Below are positions 19,933 to 31,100 of a DNA stretch of 64,000 bases, piece after piece; positions within the stretch are counted from its first letter, which is position 1; each line of letters opens with the position of its first letter. Source of the DNA: Methanothrix sp. (GTDB taxonomy: Archaea > Halobacteriota > Methanosarcinia > Methanotrichales > Methanotrichaceae); contig OY821645.1 in the NCBI GenBank assembly GCA_963682135.1, forward strand, positions 1,408,001 to 1,472,000, read 5' to 3'. The position numbers and the translations under genes were made by a program. The notes beneath the pieces were generated by a model that saw only the letters and a program-made list of their open reading frames with translations, was not told where the DNA came from and ran no database searches.

Positions 19933-20799
19933 GTGGAAAATCTGGCTGAAGCATTATCGGGCCTGAGCAAGGACGACCGCTCCCTGCTCAGTGCTATTGA
20001 AACCGGGATGAAGACTCACGAATGGGTTCCACCCTTTGTTATCTCAGAGCTATCCGGCCTGCCGGTCCGCAAGGTGGAGTTTCGGCTAGGCCAGCTTTTC
20101 GAAAAGAAGCTGGTAGAGCGGGAGAGCATGCATTACCTCGGCTACCGCATAGATTTTGACGCCTATGATCTTCTGGCGCTATCCGATTTTGTGAAACGGG
20201 GGAAATTATCGGCCTTTGGCGAGAGAATTGGAGTCGGCAAAGAGTCGGTGGTCTACGAAGCCCTCGGAGAAATGCACCTGGCAGTCAAATTTCACCGCCA
20301 GGGAAGAACCAGCTTCAAACATATTCGCCGCCTGCGCGATCACCTCACCGATAAACCTAAGGTCCCATGGCTTTATGCCGCCGCTCTGGCCGCTCGCCAC
20401 GAGTTTGCCATCATGGAGAAGCTCTACCCAAAGGTATCCATTCCCAGGCCGGTCGCATGCAGTCGTCATGCTCTGGTCATGGAATTTGTAAGCGGCCCCG
20501 CCCTCAACCATATCACTCTTTCCGATCCCGAGAACGGATTGAACATGATCTTGGGAGAGGTGGCAGCCGCCCGCAGGCTGGGCATTATTCACGCCGACCT
20601 GAGCGAGTTTAACATAATGGTCGATGAATCCGGCCCCAAGATCATCGACTGGCCTCAGGCGGTAGAGGTCACCCACCCCCATGCTCAGGAGCTATTGGAG
20701 AGGGACCTGGTCAACGTCTTGCGCTTCTTCGAGCGAAAATACAGGATAGAAATGCCACTGGATAGAGCGCTCATGATTGTAGCACAGCCGGGAGGCTAA
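19933..20799 (+). CDS. rio2: RIO2-type serine/threonine kinase
   Basis: N-terminal wHTH, IGVGKES, KFHR.GRTSF, HADLSEFNI, IDWPQ. Confidence 0.92.
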   Translation: MENLAEALSGLSKDDRSLLSAIETGMKTHEWVPPFVISELSGLPVRKVEFRLGQLFEKKLVERESMHYLGYRIDFDAYDLLALSDFVKRGKLSAFGERIGVGKESVVYEALGEMHLAVKFHRQGRTSFKHIRRLRDHLTDKPKVPWLYAAALAARHEFAIMEKLYPKVSIPRPVACSRHALVMEFVSGPALNHITLSDPENGLNMILGEVAAARRLGIIHADLSEFNIMVDESGPKIIDWPQAVEVTHPHAQELLERDLVNVLRFFERKYRIEMPLDRALMIVAQPGG

Positions 20800-20805
20800 G
20801 GGCAG

Positions 20806-22818
20806 TTGAGCATATTCGGTGTGGATATTGCCAGTGGCTCGCCATCCGCTAGACGGATGCCCAGCTACTCTTTGGTGATCCTGGACGAGGGAAACGTGGC
20901 TGGTTTTCACATGATCAGCCGGCATAAGCTCATTCGGCTCATCAGGGAGCGCCAGCCTGAGATCGTGGCCATGGACAATCTGCACGAGCTGGCTGCAGAT
21001 CGAAGGGAGCTGATCGATATCTTGCGCCGGATGCCTCCCACTACAAAAATGGTGCAGGTAACGGGCTCAGAGAGGCCGCAGTCCCTCATCAAGCTGGCCC
21101 GCTATCACGGCATCACCTTCGATCGCACCAACCCCTTGCAAGAGGCGGAGGTCTGCGCTCGGCTGGCGGCCAAAGGTGTGGGCGTTGTTCTCTCTGCCTT
21201 CCAGGAGAGGACATGGATCAAGGTCAGCCGGAGGCGCTCTTTAGGCCGGGGCGGCTGGAGCCAGAACCGCTATACCCGCAAGATCCACGGCGCTGTGATG
21301 GGTCTGGCGCGAGAGGTGGAAAAGCAGCTACGTGAGGCCGGACTGCAGTACACCACGCGGGCCGTGGAGGGCCTGGGCGGATATACTCGGGCCGAGTTTG
21401 TGGTGGAAGCGCCCCGCGAGATGGTGCGCATCAATCCCGGCTACTACAGCGATGCTCAGCTCTTGGTGCAGAGCATGGAGCGGCCCGAGCTGCAGTACCA
21501 ACCGCTCATGCAAAGGCGCGGTTACATCATCGTGGGGCTGGACCCGGGAACGACGACGGGCATCGCCGCGCTGAACCTATCCGGCGAGCTGGTGGACCTG
21601 ACCAGCTCCAGGGGCCTGTCCTCCTCAGATGTGATTGAATGGATCGCTGCGCGGGGCAGATCGCTGCTGGTCGCCACAGATGTATTCCCTACGCCAGGCG
21701 GAGTGGAGAAGGTCAAGCGCGCTTTTAATGCCGTTCTCTACTCTCCGGGTGGAGACATTCCGGCGGAAGAGAAGATCGCTTTGGGAAAGGAATTTAGCTA
21801 CAAGAACGATCACGAACGCGATGCTCTGGCGGCAGCCATCAGCGCATTTAAAAAATATAAAAATAAGTTTTTGCTGGTGGAAAAAAAGTCGCCTCCCGAG
21901 GTCGATCCCGATGAGGTGAAAGCGTTGGTGGTGCGAGGCTACTCCATCGAAAACGCCATCGCCGAATTTGTGCCCTCTTCGGTTACTTCAGTTCAAAAGG
22001 GAGCGCCGCGGGATATGGCGGAGGAAATTCTTGATCATCCCCTCGATGCCTCTCCTGATGTCGCAGCCCTGCGCCAGCATAGCCAGCAGCTTGCCGAGCA
22101 GGTCAGAACGTTACGCTCTTATGTGGATGAGCTTCGCTCCCGTTTAGCGGAAAAAGAGGCAGCTCTCAATATCGCGAATGGCAAACTGGATCGAATGAGG
22201 GACAAGACGGCGCGAGAGATTAAACGGCAGCATGAGATCAAGATCCGGGACAAAGAGATCGAACGCCTCCGGGCGGTTCTGCGTTCGGAGAGAAAATATA
22301 TCAAGAAACTGAAAAAAATATTGGAGCGTCAGAAGAAGGCGGAGGTCATCGAGGAGACACGCGGCCTGCAAAGGCTCAAGCCGCTGGCGGCCTTTACCCG
22401 CGAGTCTATTCAGCAATCTATCGAGCAGCATCGTTTGGGAAAGGGTGATTGGGTCTTTCTGGAAGATGCCAGCGGCGGCGGCAGGAGCACGGTTGAGCTT
22501 CTGCGAGAGCTGGAAATTTCCGGTTTGGTGGCCGGGGGCGATCCCGGTCCTGCCATGCGTGAGCACTTCTTGCAGATGGGCATTCCCATTTTCACCCGCA
22601 TGAATCTGCCTGTGCAGATGGTCAATAACATGCCATTTGTGCGCAAGGAAGATGTAGCTGCCGCCAGCGCTGCCTGGGAGGAGGAGATGAAGGATCGCCA
22701 GGCCAGGCTGCAGGCGGAGCGGCTGGAGAGCCTTTTCCAGGAGTACCGGGTGGAGAGACAGAAAGAGGAGAAGCGAAAGCAAAAGCTTGCCCGAGGCCCC
22801 CCTGGCTCTGAGAATTGA
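20806..22818 (+). CDS. DUF460 domain protein (RNase H-like domains plus coiled coil)
   Basis: GVDI, GGWSQNRY.R, GLDPGTTTGIA, NDHERDALAAA, long coiled coil. Confidence 0.9.
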   Translation: MSIFGVDIASGSPSARRMPSYSLVILDEGNVAGFHMISRHKLIRLIRERQPEIVAMDNLHELAADRRELIDILRRMPPTTKMVQVTGSERPQSLIKLARYHGITFDRTNPLQEAEVCARLAAKGVGVVLSAFQERTWIKVSRRRSLGRGGWSQNRYTRKIHGAVMGLAREVEKQLREAGLQYTTRAVEGLGGYTRAEFVVEAPREMVRINPGYYSDAQLLVQSMERPELQYQPLMQRRGYIIVGLDPGTTTGIAALNLSGELVDLTSSRGLSSSDVIEWIAARGRSLLVATDVFPTPGGVEKVKRAFNAVLYSPGGDIPAEEKIALGKEFSYKNDHERDALAAAISAFKKYKNKFLLVEKKSPPEVDPDEVKALVVRGYSIENAIAEFVPSSVTSVQKGAPRDMAEEILDHPLDASPDVAALRQHSQQLAEQVRTLRSYVDELRSRLAEKEAALNIANGKLDRMRDKTAREIKRQHEIKIRDKEIERLRAVLRSERKYIKKLKKILERQKKAEVIEETRGLQRLKPLAAFTRESIQQSIEQHRLGKGDWVFLEDASGGGRSTVELLRELEISGLVAGGDPGPAMREHFLQMGIPIFTRMNLPVQMVNNMPFVRKEDVAAASAAWEEEMKDRQARLQAERLESLFQEYRVERQKEEKRKQKLARGPPGSEN

Positions 22819-22829
22819 GAACGAATCAT

Positions 22830-22914
22830 TTAAGATCTTTTCATACATCTTATGAATCCTGACTTAAGATCTTTTCATACACCTTGTGAATTATACATAA
22901 TTCGTCCTAAATAT
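22830..22914 (+). promoter_or_regulatory. Two tandem TTCATA-N5-TRTGAA palindromes followed by a TATA-like box, upstream of the first amt
   Basis: TTCATA-CATCT-TATGAA (22840-22856) and TTCATA-CACCT-TGTGAA (22874-22890) in a 34-bp-period direct repeat; TAAATAT at 22908. Confidence 0.65.
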
Positions 22915-22952
22915 GCTTATTAGATAGGATTATGTCTTACTTATTGGTGGTC

Positions 22953-24233
22953 ATGTTGCTTTCCGTCCGTTCGCTACTATTATTATGTTTACTAATATCA
23001 ACACTGCTGGCCGGCGCAGCTTCGGCTGAAGAATCTGCTATCAATGGCGCTGATAATGCCTGGGTGCTCATCAGTGCTGCTCTCGTCCTGATCATGATTC
23101 CCGGCGTGGGCCTCTTCTACGGAGGCATGGTTAGAAAGAAGAATGCCATTTCAACGATCATCTTCAGCTTTGCCGTTATGGGCATCATAAGCCTGCAGTG
23201 GATCTTGTACGGCTATACCCTGGTCTTCGGAAAAGACATAGGCGGCCTCATCGGTGGCCTGGACTTCCTGGGACTGGCGGGTGTTGGCATGGGCGTGAAA
23301 GAGGGGCTGACTATTCCCTCGCTCACCTTTATGATCTTTCAGGCCATGTTCGCCATCATCACCGTCTCTCTTATCACGGGTTCCTACGTGGAGCGGATCA
23401 AGTTCAGCTCATTTCTCGTCTTCTCCTTAGCCTGGGCTACTCTGGTCTACGATCCTGTGGCTCACTGGGTTTGGGGCGGGGGCTGGCTGCAGCAGATGGG
23501 CGCCCTGGACTTTGCCGGCGGCATAGTGGTGCACATCACGGCAGGCGTCTCTGCCATGGCCGTAGCTATGGTTATCGGTGTGCGTAAGGGCTTTGGCACG
23601 GACCCGATGGAGCCGCATAACATTCCCACCACTGTGATTGGCGCGGCTCTGCTCTGGTTTGGATGGTTTGGTTTTAACGCGGGCTCCGCTCTGGCGGCAA
23701 ACGGCATCGCCGCCAATGCTTTTGTCACCACCAACACCTCCGCCGCGGCTGCAGCCACCACCTGGATGCTCCTCTCCTGGCGGCAGAGAGCGCCTTCTGC
23801 CTTGGGCATGGTGACGGGCGCAGTGGCAGGCCTCGCGGCAATAACGCCCGCCGCAGGCTATGTGACGCCCCTGGCGGCCATTCCCATTGGCATCGTAGCT
23901 GCCATTGTTGGCTACTATGCCATCGTCCTCATCCGAGGAAGCGCCAGGGTGGACGATTCACTGGACGTTTTAGCCTGTCATGGCATTGGCAGCACCTGGG
24001 GGGTACTGGCTACGGGCATCTTTGCCACCATCGGAGCTACGGGTCTGCTCTCCGGAAATTCTCATCAATTAATGGTGCAGGCCGCATCTGTGGCGGTAAC
24101 CTGGGGCTACTCATTTATTGTCACCTATGGCCTGGCCAGGATCATCGATGCGGTCATGGGGTTGCGGGTGCGGGATGATGAAGAATCGGTGGGCCTGGAC
24201 ATCAGCCAGCATGGCGAAGGCGCTTACATGTAA
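22953..24233 (+). CDS. amt: Ammonium transporter (first copy)
   Basis: [37 protein letters not shown] (twin His intact). Confidence 0.96.
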   Translation: MLLSVRSLLLLCLLISTLLAGAASAEESAINGADNAWVLISAALVLIMIPGVGLFYGGMVRKKNAISTIIFSFAVMGIISLQWILYGYTLVFGKDIGGLIGGLDFLGLAGVGMGVKEGLTIPSLTFMIFQAMFAIITVSLITGSYVERIKFSSFLVFSLAWATLVYDPVAHWVWGGGWLQQMGALDFAGGIVVHITAGVSAMAVAMVIGVRKGFGTDPMEPHNIPTTVIGAALLWFGWFGFNAGSALAANGIAANAFVTTNTSAAAAATTWMLLSWRQRAPSALGMVTGAVAGLAAITPAAGYVTPLAAIPIGIVAAIVGYYAIVLIRGSARVDDSLDVLACHGIGSTWGVLATGIFATIGATGLLSGNSHQLMVQAASVAVTWGYSFIVTYGLARIIDAVMGLRVRDDEESVGLDISQHGEGAYM

Positions 24234-24244
24234 AGTGGGGGAAT

Positions 24245-24583
24245 ATGAAGAAGATTGAAGCCATAATTCGGCCTGAAAAGCTGCACCTTTTGCGTGGCAA
24301 GCTGGACAGTAAGGGCTTTTCGGGAATGACTGTGAGCGAGGTCAAGGGCCGGGGCCGGCAGAAGGGTGTCACCTTGCAGTGGCGGGCCGGTGATTACCGG
24401 GTGGAGTTCTTGCCCAAGATGAAGCTGGAGATGGTAGTGGATGACAAGGATGCGGAAGCTGTCATCGACCTCATCTGCGAGCATGCCCAAACGGGCGAAG
24501 CAGGGGACGGCAAGATCTTCATCTATCCGGTGGATGATGTGGTGCGTGTGCGCACGAAGGAGCGGGGGTGCGGGGCGGTATAG
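24245..24583 (+). CDS. glnK: P-II family nitrogen regulator
   Basis: AIIRP, GRGRQKG, TGEAGDGKIF, RVRT. Confidence 0.95.
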   Translation: MKKIEAIIRPEKLHLLRGKLDSKGFSGMTVSEVKGRGRQKGVTLQWRAGDYRVEFLPKMKLEMVVDDKDAEAVIDLICEHAQTGEAGDGKIFIYPVDDVVRVRTKERGCGAV

Positions 24584-24985
24584 CCGCGCGCCCTCTTTTA
24601 GCGATCTATTTTCCTTAATGCGCCTCCCGCTATTATCCTTGTCATTCTCTCATCGGGATTTCGCGTCTTTATGCCTTCGCCTGAAAACTTTTTGCGTCTG
24701 ACGCGAAGGGCGCGAAGAAGACAACCATTGATCGCCGATCCTCACGTTCTTTCTTCATAGTAATATTTGTACGGAATAGATGATGGAAGGGCGATGTCCA
24801 TCCTTCAGCCAGGATGCTGATGCAGTCCAAGGATGGACGGACCCGGTCTGCGCTGCCCCTGTGGGCAAGGCTCATCGGAGACGAGCGCATTCGTTCTCCC
24901 AGAGGCCGAGCCGAGAGGCATTGCAGAAGATCACACTTCCTCGGGATTACTGTCTTGCCGTAAAAAAGTGACCAGGGTATTCTTC

Positions 24986-25981
24986 TTACCTTGGAAACTC
25001 GGCCCCTTTTGGAGCCTTGAAGCAGGTGCAATCAAAGACGCCAGTCACATCTGAGCCGAATCCGTTGATGCCCTTCTGGTATGTTTCGGGCATGCTCAGA
25101 TATCCGCCGGAGCAGCAGGGCAGCCAATCGTCGTCTTCCTCTATCTCTTCTACCGATGCCGTGAGGTTCATCAGCTTCTCAATGTGGTAGGTTCCCCAGT
25201 AGTCTTCATCCACATCCACCAGCGGCTTCTTCCAGGCTGTGTTTACGATGAACTCATTTTCGTCGTCGTCTTCTTGGGATACGATATCAGGATCTCCCTG
25301 CAATAGCCCGATGTGCGCACGGCCTTCTGTCATATCCTCAGAGATGTTCATCATGCTCACGCTGGGGTCCTCCTCAGAGATGAAGTCCTTGGCCAGGACT
25401 TCCAGTTCCTTGTCCAGGGCATGGGCATATTCCACTTCGTGGTGCATTAGCGTGAAAGATCCGCGATTCTTAAGCCAGGTCTTCTCCTTGAGCAGGGAGT
25501 TGAACTGCAGCGGACTGGCAGCGTAAAATCCCGTACCTATGCTGAGGGCTATTGGACTATATGTCATGGTGTTATCTTCTTTAAGTTGAATGCAGCTTAG
25601 CGCCTCCGTATAGTCCGGTTCATAGTTGTCGCTCTGATCGACTCCATAATTGGTATAATCGGAACTTTCTGTGGACAGCATCGATTCTGTATCGATCGTG
25701 CCGCTGCCGTGGCTGTAGTCCAGAACTTCAACTCCATTGTTGCCCGTTCCGTTGAGTCCCAGGGTATTGGGCATCTTCGCGTACTTGTAGTTCATGAAGT
25801 AGCCCGAGCCGGTCACGCTCTGTTGTATATCCAGAGTGAGGTTGTTCTTAAGGGTATATTCCGCTGATGCAATACTGGTCAAGAAGGCCACTAATAATAG
25901 TATCATCCCTAGCTTCTTCGTATCTATCCCTCCTGTGAATTGCGCCTGACCTTCACCAGAATTGCCTTCTAAGAAGGTCAA
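24986..25981 (-). CDS. Secreted acidic hypothetical protein with Cys-rich C-terminus (start may be 25906)
   Basis: Signal peptide KKLGMILLLVAFLTSIASA; C-terminal WLPCCSGG...FDCTC. Confidence 0.75.
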   Translation of the reverse strand: MTFLEGNSGEGQAQFTGGIDTKKLGMILLLVAFLTSIASAEYTLKNNLTLDIQQSVTGSGYFMNYKYAKMPNTLGLNGTGNNGVEVLDYSHGSGTIDTESMLSTESSDYTNYGVDQSDNYEPDYTEALSCIQLKEDNTMTYSPIALSIGTGFYAASPLQFNSLLKEKTWLKNRGSFTLMHHEVEYAHALDKELEVLAKDFISEEDPSVSMMNISEDMTEGRAHIGLLQGDPDIVSQEDDDENEFIVNTAWKKPLVDVDEDYWGTYHIEKLMNLTASVEEIEEDDDWLPCCSGGYLSMPETYQKGINGFGSDVTGVFDCTCFKAPKGAEFPR

Positions 25982-26144
25982 GTAATCTTACTTACTGATC
26001 ACGTATATGATATTATTGGATGAAAAATCATAACGATTACAGTAATTATCACAACAGTTATGAATTAGCATCTAATACATTGAGATAAAAATAAAAATTT
26101 CTGCTCATAGGAAGCTCCGAGGCAGTAAGAAAAATCACGGCAGG

Positions 26145-27934
<1,790 letters not shown>

Positions 27935-27977
27935 GCTCTATCACGTTCCTCGATGGAAGACCAACGAGCTGCAGATG

Positions 27978-28018
27978 ATATAAAAACTTTGTTAAAATAT
28001 TTTCATACTTGTTATGAA
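27978..28018 (-). promoter_or_regulatory. Perfect TTCATA-N5-TATGAA palindrome and TATA box of the second amt
   Basis: Palindrome at 28002-28018; TTTATAT on the minus strand at 27984-27978. Confidence 0.65.
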
Positions 28019-28084
28019 GAGCGCATAACTACATCACATTCTAAAAAGTGCCGATTATCTCTCTATAATATGCTGTGTCGCAGG

Positions 28085-28590
28085 ATTATTATAACCAAGC
28101 AGCTGCGGCCAACCACAAAGGCACGAAGGCACAAAGGACGCACAAAGAGATTCGCAGCGGCCCTCCAGCTTTGCGATTTTTGCAGATATGTAAGCCAGTC
28201 GAGCCTGATAGCCAGTCGACCTGTACCGGACCGTCCGGGCCTGCTGCTATTTCGTCAGGGTGAGATGGATTACCTAACAAGCGCTCGTATTCAGGGTAGT
28301 AGGCCGTTCGAGCTGAGATCAGGAATTTCATGTGAAGGTGGAAAGCCGCGAAGTTCCGATGAGAGAAGGACAATTTTTCCCAGATCCCTCAGGTCGCGCC
28401 GTTGGAGACGTTTCTCGACAAAGCCATTCGGGACGACTTCTGCCATCCGCCAGGCGGGCCGGGCTGCCTGGCGAGTTTGCAGCTGTTCTTGCTGGGGCCC
28501 GCGGTCTGCGGAGCCGGGTTTGCTGTGATGCGGTCCGAGTGGGCAGGTTTTTGGAAATGATGGCAGTCTACGTTTATTATTAACAGATAA
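28085..28590 (+). repeat. ~500-bp GC-rich repeat unit, copy 1 (diverged)
   Basis: TTATAA at 28089, ACCACAAAGGCACGAAGGCACAAAG at 28112, GAAGTTCCGATGAGAGA at 28350, GGAGACGTTTCTCGACAAAG. Confidence 0.85.
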
Positions 28591-29060
28591 ATATAACTAA
28601 ACAACTATGGTCAAACCACAAAGCACACAAAGATCACAAAGGACGCACAAAGACGTTTCAAGGACAATTATCGGCAGTATCCGGCTGGCCGATCTTTGCG
28701 TGACTGTGAGCCAGCCGCGCTCGGCACGCTCGACCGTGGGCCGGGCCGTCCGGGCTCGCTTCACTCGTCTCCGGACGGGCGCTCGGGCGGGCTCTCGCAT
28801 GGGCGCGCGGGCCTGCGTGGGCTTGTGGCCTGGGGGGCCGGTCGGGCCGAGATCACGGATTTCACGCGAAGGCGCGAAGCCGCGAAGTTCCGATGAGAGA
28901 TGGACAATTTTTCCCAGAGCCCCCGGGCCGCGCCGTTGGAGACGTTTCTCGACAAAGGCCATTCGGGGCGACTGCCGTCGTCTGCCAGGCGGGCCAAGCT
29001 GCCGGGCAAGCGCTCGTGCCAGGTGGGCCAGGAGGAAGGATGGCGGAAAGCATGCTGAGG
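28591..29060 (+). repeat. ~500-bp GC-rich repeat unit, copy 2
   Basis: ATATAA at 28591 (502 bp after copy 1); same ordered modules. Confidence 0.9.
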
Positions 29061-29068
29061 CATGAGCC

Positions 29069-29545
29069 TCAATCTAACTTGCCCTTAAGCGTATTGAGAT
29101 CATTACCTCTTATCAAAATTGAGTTGACATCGACCTCTTTGGCATGTTGATGCATTCCGGAGTCATCTGTGAATAATATGGCATCTTCTCTCTTGGCCAA
29201 AGCTATAAAATACGAGTCAAACCCGGAACAACCGGTCTCTAATGCCACATCCCACGCGACATTGAAAATAGCCTCTTCATCTGCTACGTTATATGATTTT
29301 AGGATTCCTTTTGATGCTCTTGCGGCCAGAGTTCTGCCAGCGAGCCGCTTGGCTACCGCAGCGGTTTCCACTACACAGACCTTAGGAACATGAACTTCTA
29401 CATCTCGCTCTTCTATAAGCTTGATGAGAGCTTTGCATTTTTCGTGGGTTTCCTGCTCTCTGGAATAGGCCTCTTGGGAGAGTGACCGGAGTGGTTTGAA
29501 GATGCTCTTAACTATAACGGATGTATCTAAAACGGCCCTAATCAT
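29069..29545 (-). CDS. vapC: VapC-family PIN-domain toxin
   Basis: VLDTSV, E(TAAV), FDSYFIALA, LFTDD acidic PIN residues. Confidence 0.9.
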   Translation of the reverse strand: MIRAVLDTSVIVKSIFKPLRSLSQEAYSREQETHEKCKALIKLIEERDVEVHVPKVCVVETAAVAKRLAGRTLAARASKGILKSYNVADEEAIFNVAWDVALETGCSGFDSYFIALAKREDAILFTDDSGMHQHAKEVDVNSILIRGNDLNTLKGKLD

Positions 29546-29732
29546 AGTATATTCTTGTCCGCGTCTCTTTCAGGACTGCGTCAATATCTTCCCTGGCTTC
29601 AGGCTCGCCCAGATCGTCCAGAAGATCGCTGAAGCTCTCATGAATGGTGATGCTCACCCGAGAATTATTGGGGAGATTCAGGCCCCCGAGAGGCTTGAGC
29701 ACATTATTTTCATAAATAGCTTTTATTTTCAT
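29538..29732 (-). CDS. Antitoxin, DUF104/AF2212-like
   Basis: IKAIYENNVLKPL...L.....V.I.I; overlaps the toxin start. Confidence 0.88.
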   Translation of the reverse strand: MKIKAIYENNVLKPLGGLNLPNNSRVSITIHESFSDLLDDLGEPEAREDIDAVLKETRTRIYYD

Positions 29733-29844
29733 ATCGGCACCTGATATTTAGGCGAAATGTAAACTGATATATGGACATGATCAATATTTAGAGCTGCCGA
29801 TGATGTCTTTTTTTCTTCATAACTCGGAAATTTGCTGCTACGTG

Positions 29845-30453
29845 GGACCGGGAGGCCGGTCGGGCCAGGTGTGCCAGCTTCTGGCAAGGGAGGTTTCCGG
29901 GCGCCGGATTTTGAGAAACGATGTCAGTTTTTAATACTATTAGCTGATAATTATAACCTGGCAACCACGGCCAACCACAAAGGCACGAAGGCACAAAGGA
30001 TGCAAAAAGAGATGCGCGGCGGCCCTCCAGCTTTGCGATCCTTGCGGGCCACCGCCTGTGGGCCGGGCCGTCCGGGCTCGCGTCGCTCGTCTGCGGACGG
30101 GCGCTCGGGCGGGCTCCCGCATGGGCGTGCGTGCCTGCGTGGGCTTGCTGCCTGGGGGCTGGTCGGGCTGAAATCACGGAATTCACGCGAAGGCGCGAAG
30201 ATTCGATGAGAGATGGACAATTTTTCGCCATGGCCCTCGGGCCGCGCCGATGGAGTCGTTTCTCGACAAAGGCCCATCCGGGGCGACAGCCGTCGTCCGC
30301 CAGGCGGGCCAGGCTGCCAGGCAAGCGCTCGTGTCAGGAGACTTGGAGGCCGGTCGGGCCCGATGGCCAGGTGTGCCAGCTTCTGGTAAAGGGAGTTTTC
30401 CGGGCGCAGGATTTTGGGGGCAGCCTCATTTCACCATTATTATTAGATAATAA
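29845..30453 (+). repeat. Tail of a unit plus ~500-bp repeat unit, copy 3
   Basis: Tail module GGCCAGGTGTGCCAGCTTCTGG at ~29863 and ~30365; TTATAA at 29951. Confidence 0.9.
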
Positions 30454-30510
30454 TTATAACCGAGCAGCTACGGCCAACCACAAAGGCACTAAGGCACAAA
30501 GGACGCACAC
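30454..30510 (+). repeat. Repeat head only (copy 4), interrupted by the hicBA cassette
   Basis: TTATAA at 30454 (503 bp after copy 3), then ACCACAAAGGCACTAAGGCACAAAGGACGCAC. Confidence 0.85.
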
Positions 30511-30540
30511 GATGATATATGTTACTAACAAAAATTATGG

Positions 30541-30762
30541 CTAATCATCCGAGAGCCACTCTTCACGAGAGATTCTTCCTTCTCGAAGAATCTCTGAGAT
30601 GAGATTTGCGCCGATCTCTCGTTTATGGTAGTTCGGTATGCGCACGAAGTTGTCTCCGCGGACCATGTAATCGTGATCCGAACCTGGAAATGGTCCTTCG
30701 AACCCTATTTTTTTCAATCGCCTAATGAGCTTGGCTCTTGAAACCGGTCCTAGTTTACTCAA
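30541..30762 (-). CDS. hicA: HicA-family toxin
   Basis: LIRRLKKIGF..P..GSDH..M......IPNYH...I....I..IL. Confidence 0.9.
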   Translation of the reverse strand: MSKLGPVSRAKLIRRLKKIGFEGPFPGSDHDYMVRGDNFVRIPNYHKREIGANLISEILREGRISREEWLSDD

Positions 30763-31012
30763 TTGCAGTCACCGGTTCTATTGATGCGGTTATCACATGC
30801 CCGCCTATTGGTGGAATGGACCGTCCCATGCGGAGCCTGAGTGCTATCCAGCCTTCGATAACCGAGATGAGCTCTTTGCGCGTCTCCTCGATAGTCTTGC
30901 CTGTGGCCCAAGCGCCCTGAAGCTCGGGTACTGAGGCGAAGATTGGTTCCTCATCATCGATAATCTTGTAAACAGCCAGTTCTAGAGCAGCCTCGATATA
31001 TTCAGAGAACAT
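30755..31012 (-). CDS. hicB: HicB-family antitoxin (short form, upstream of toxin)
   Basis: ASVPELQGAWATGKTIEETRKEL..VIEGW....IP. Confidence 0.9.
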   Translation of the reverse strand: MFSEYIEAALELAVYKIIDDEEPIFASVPELQGAWATGKTIEETRKELISVIEGWIALRLRMGRSIPPIGGHVITASIEPVTAIE

Positions 31013-31100
31013 GTTATGCTTCTATTGAGAGATGATGGAAAATATAACTTGCGCCAATGCTAATTCACCGGTGCTGGCTGAGATGTGGATTGCAGGAGCT

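Noticed and set aside
24780-24830. Fluoride riboswitch or C/D box RNA (GGCGATG...GCTGATG)
   Set aside because: Only partial motifs, and no suitable downstream gene on that strand.
28884-28912. Hammerhead ribozyme core in the repeat (CCGATGAG)
   Set aside because: The core requires CTGANGA plus a correctly placed GAAA; the copies read YCGATGAG or CCGATTAG.
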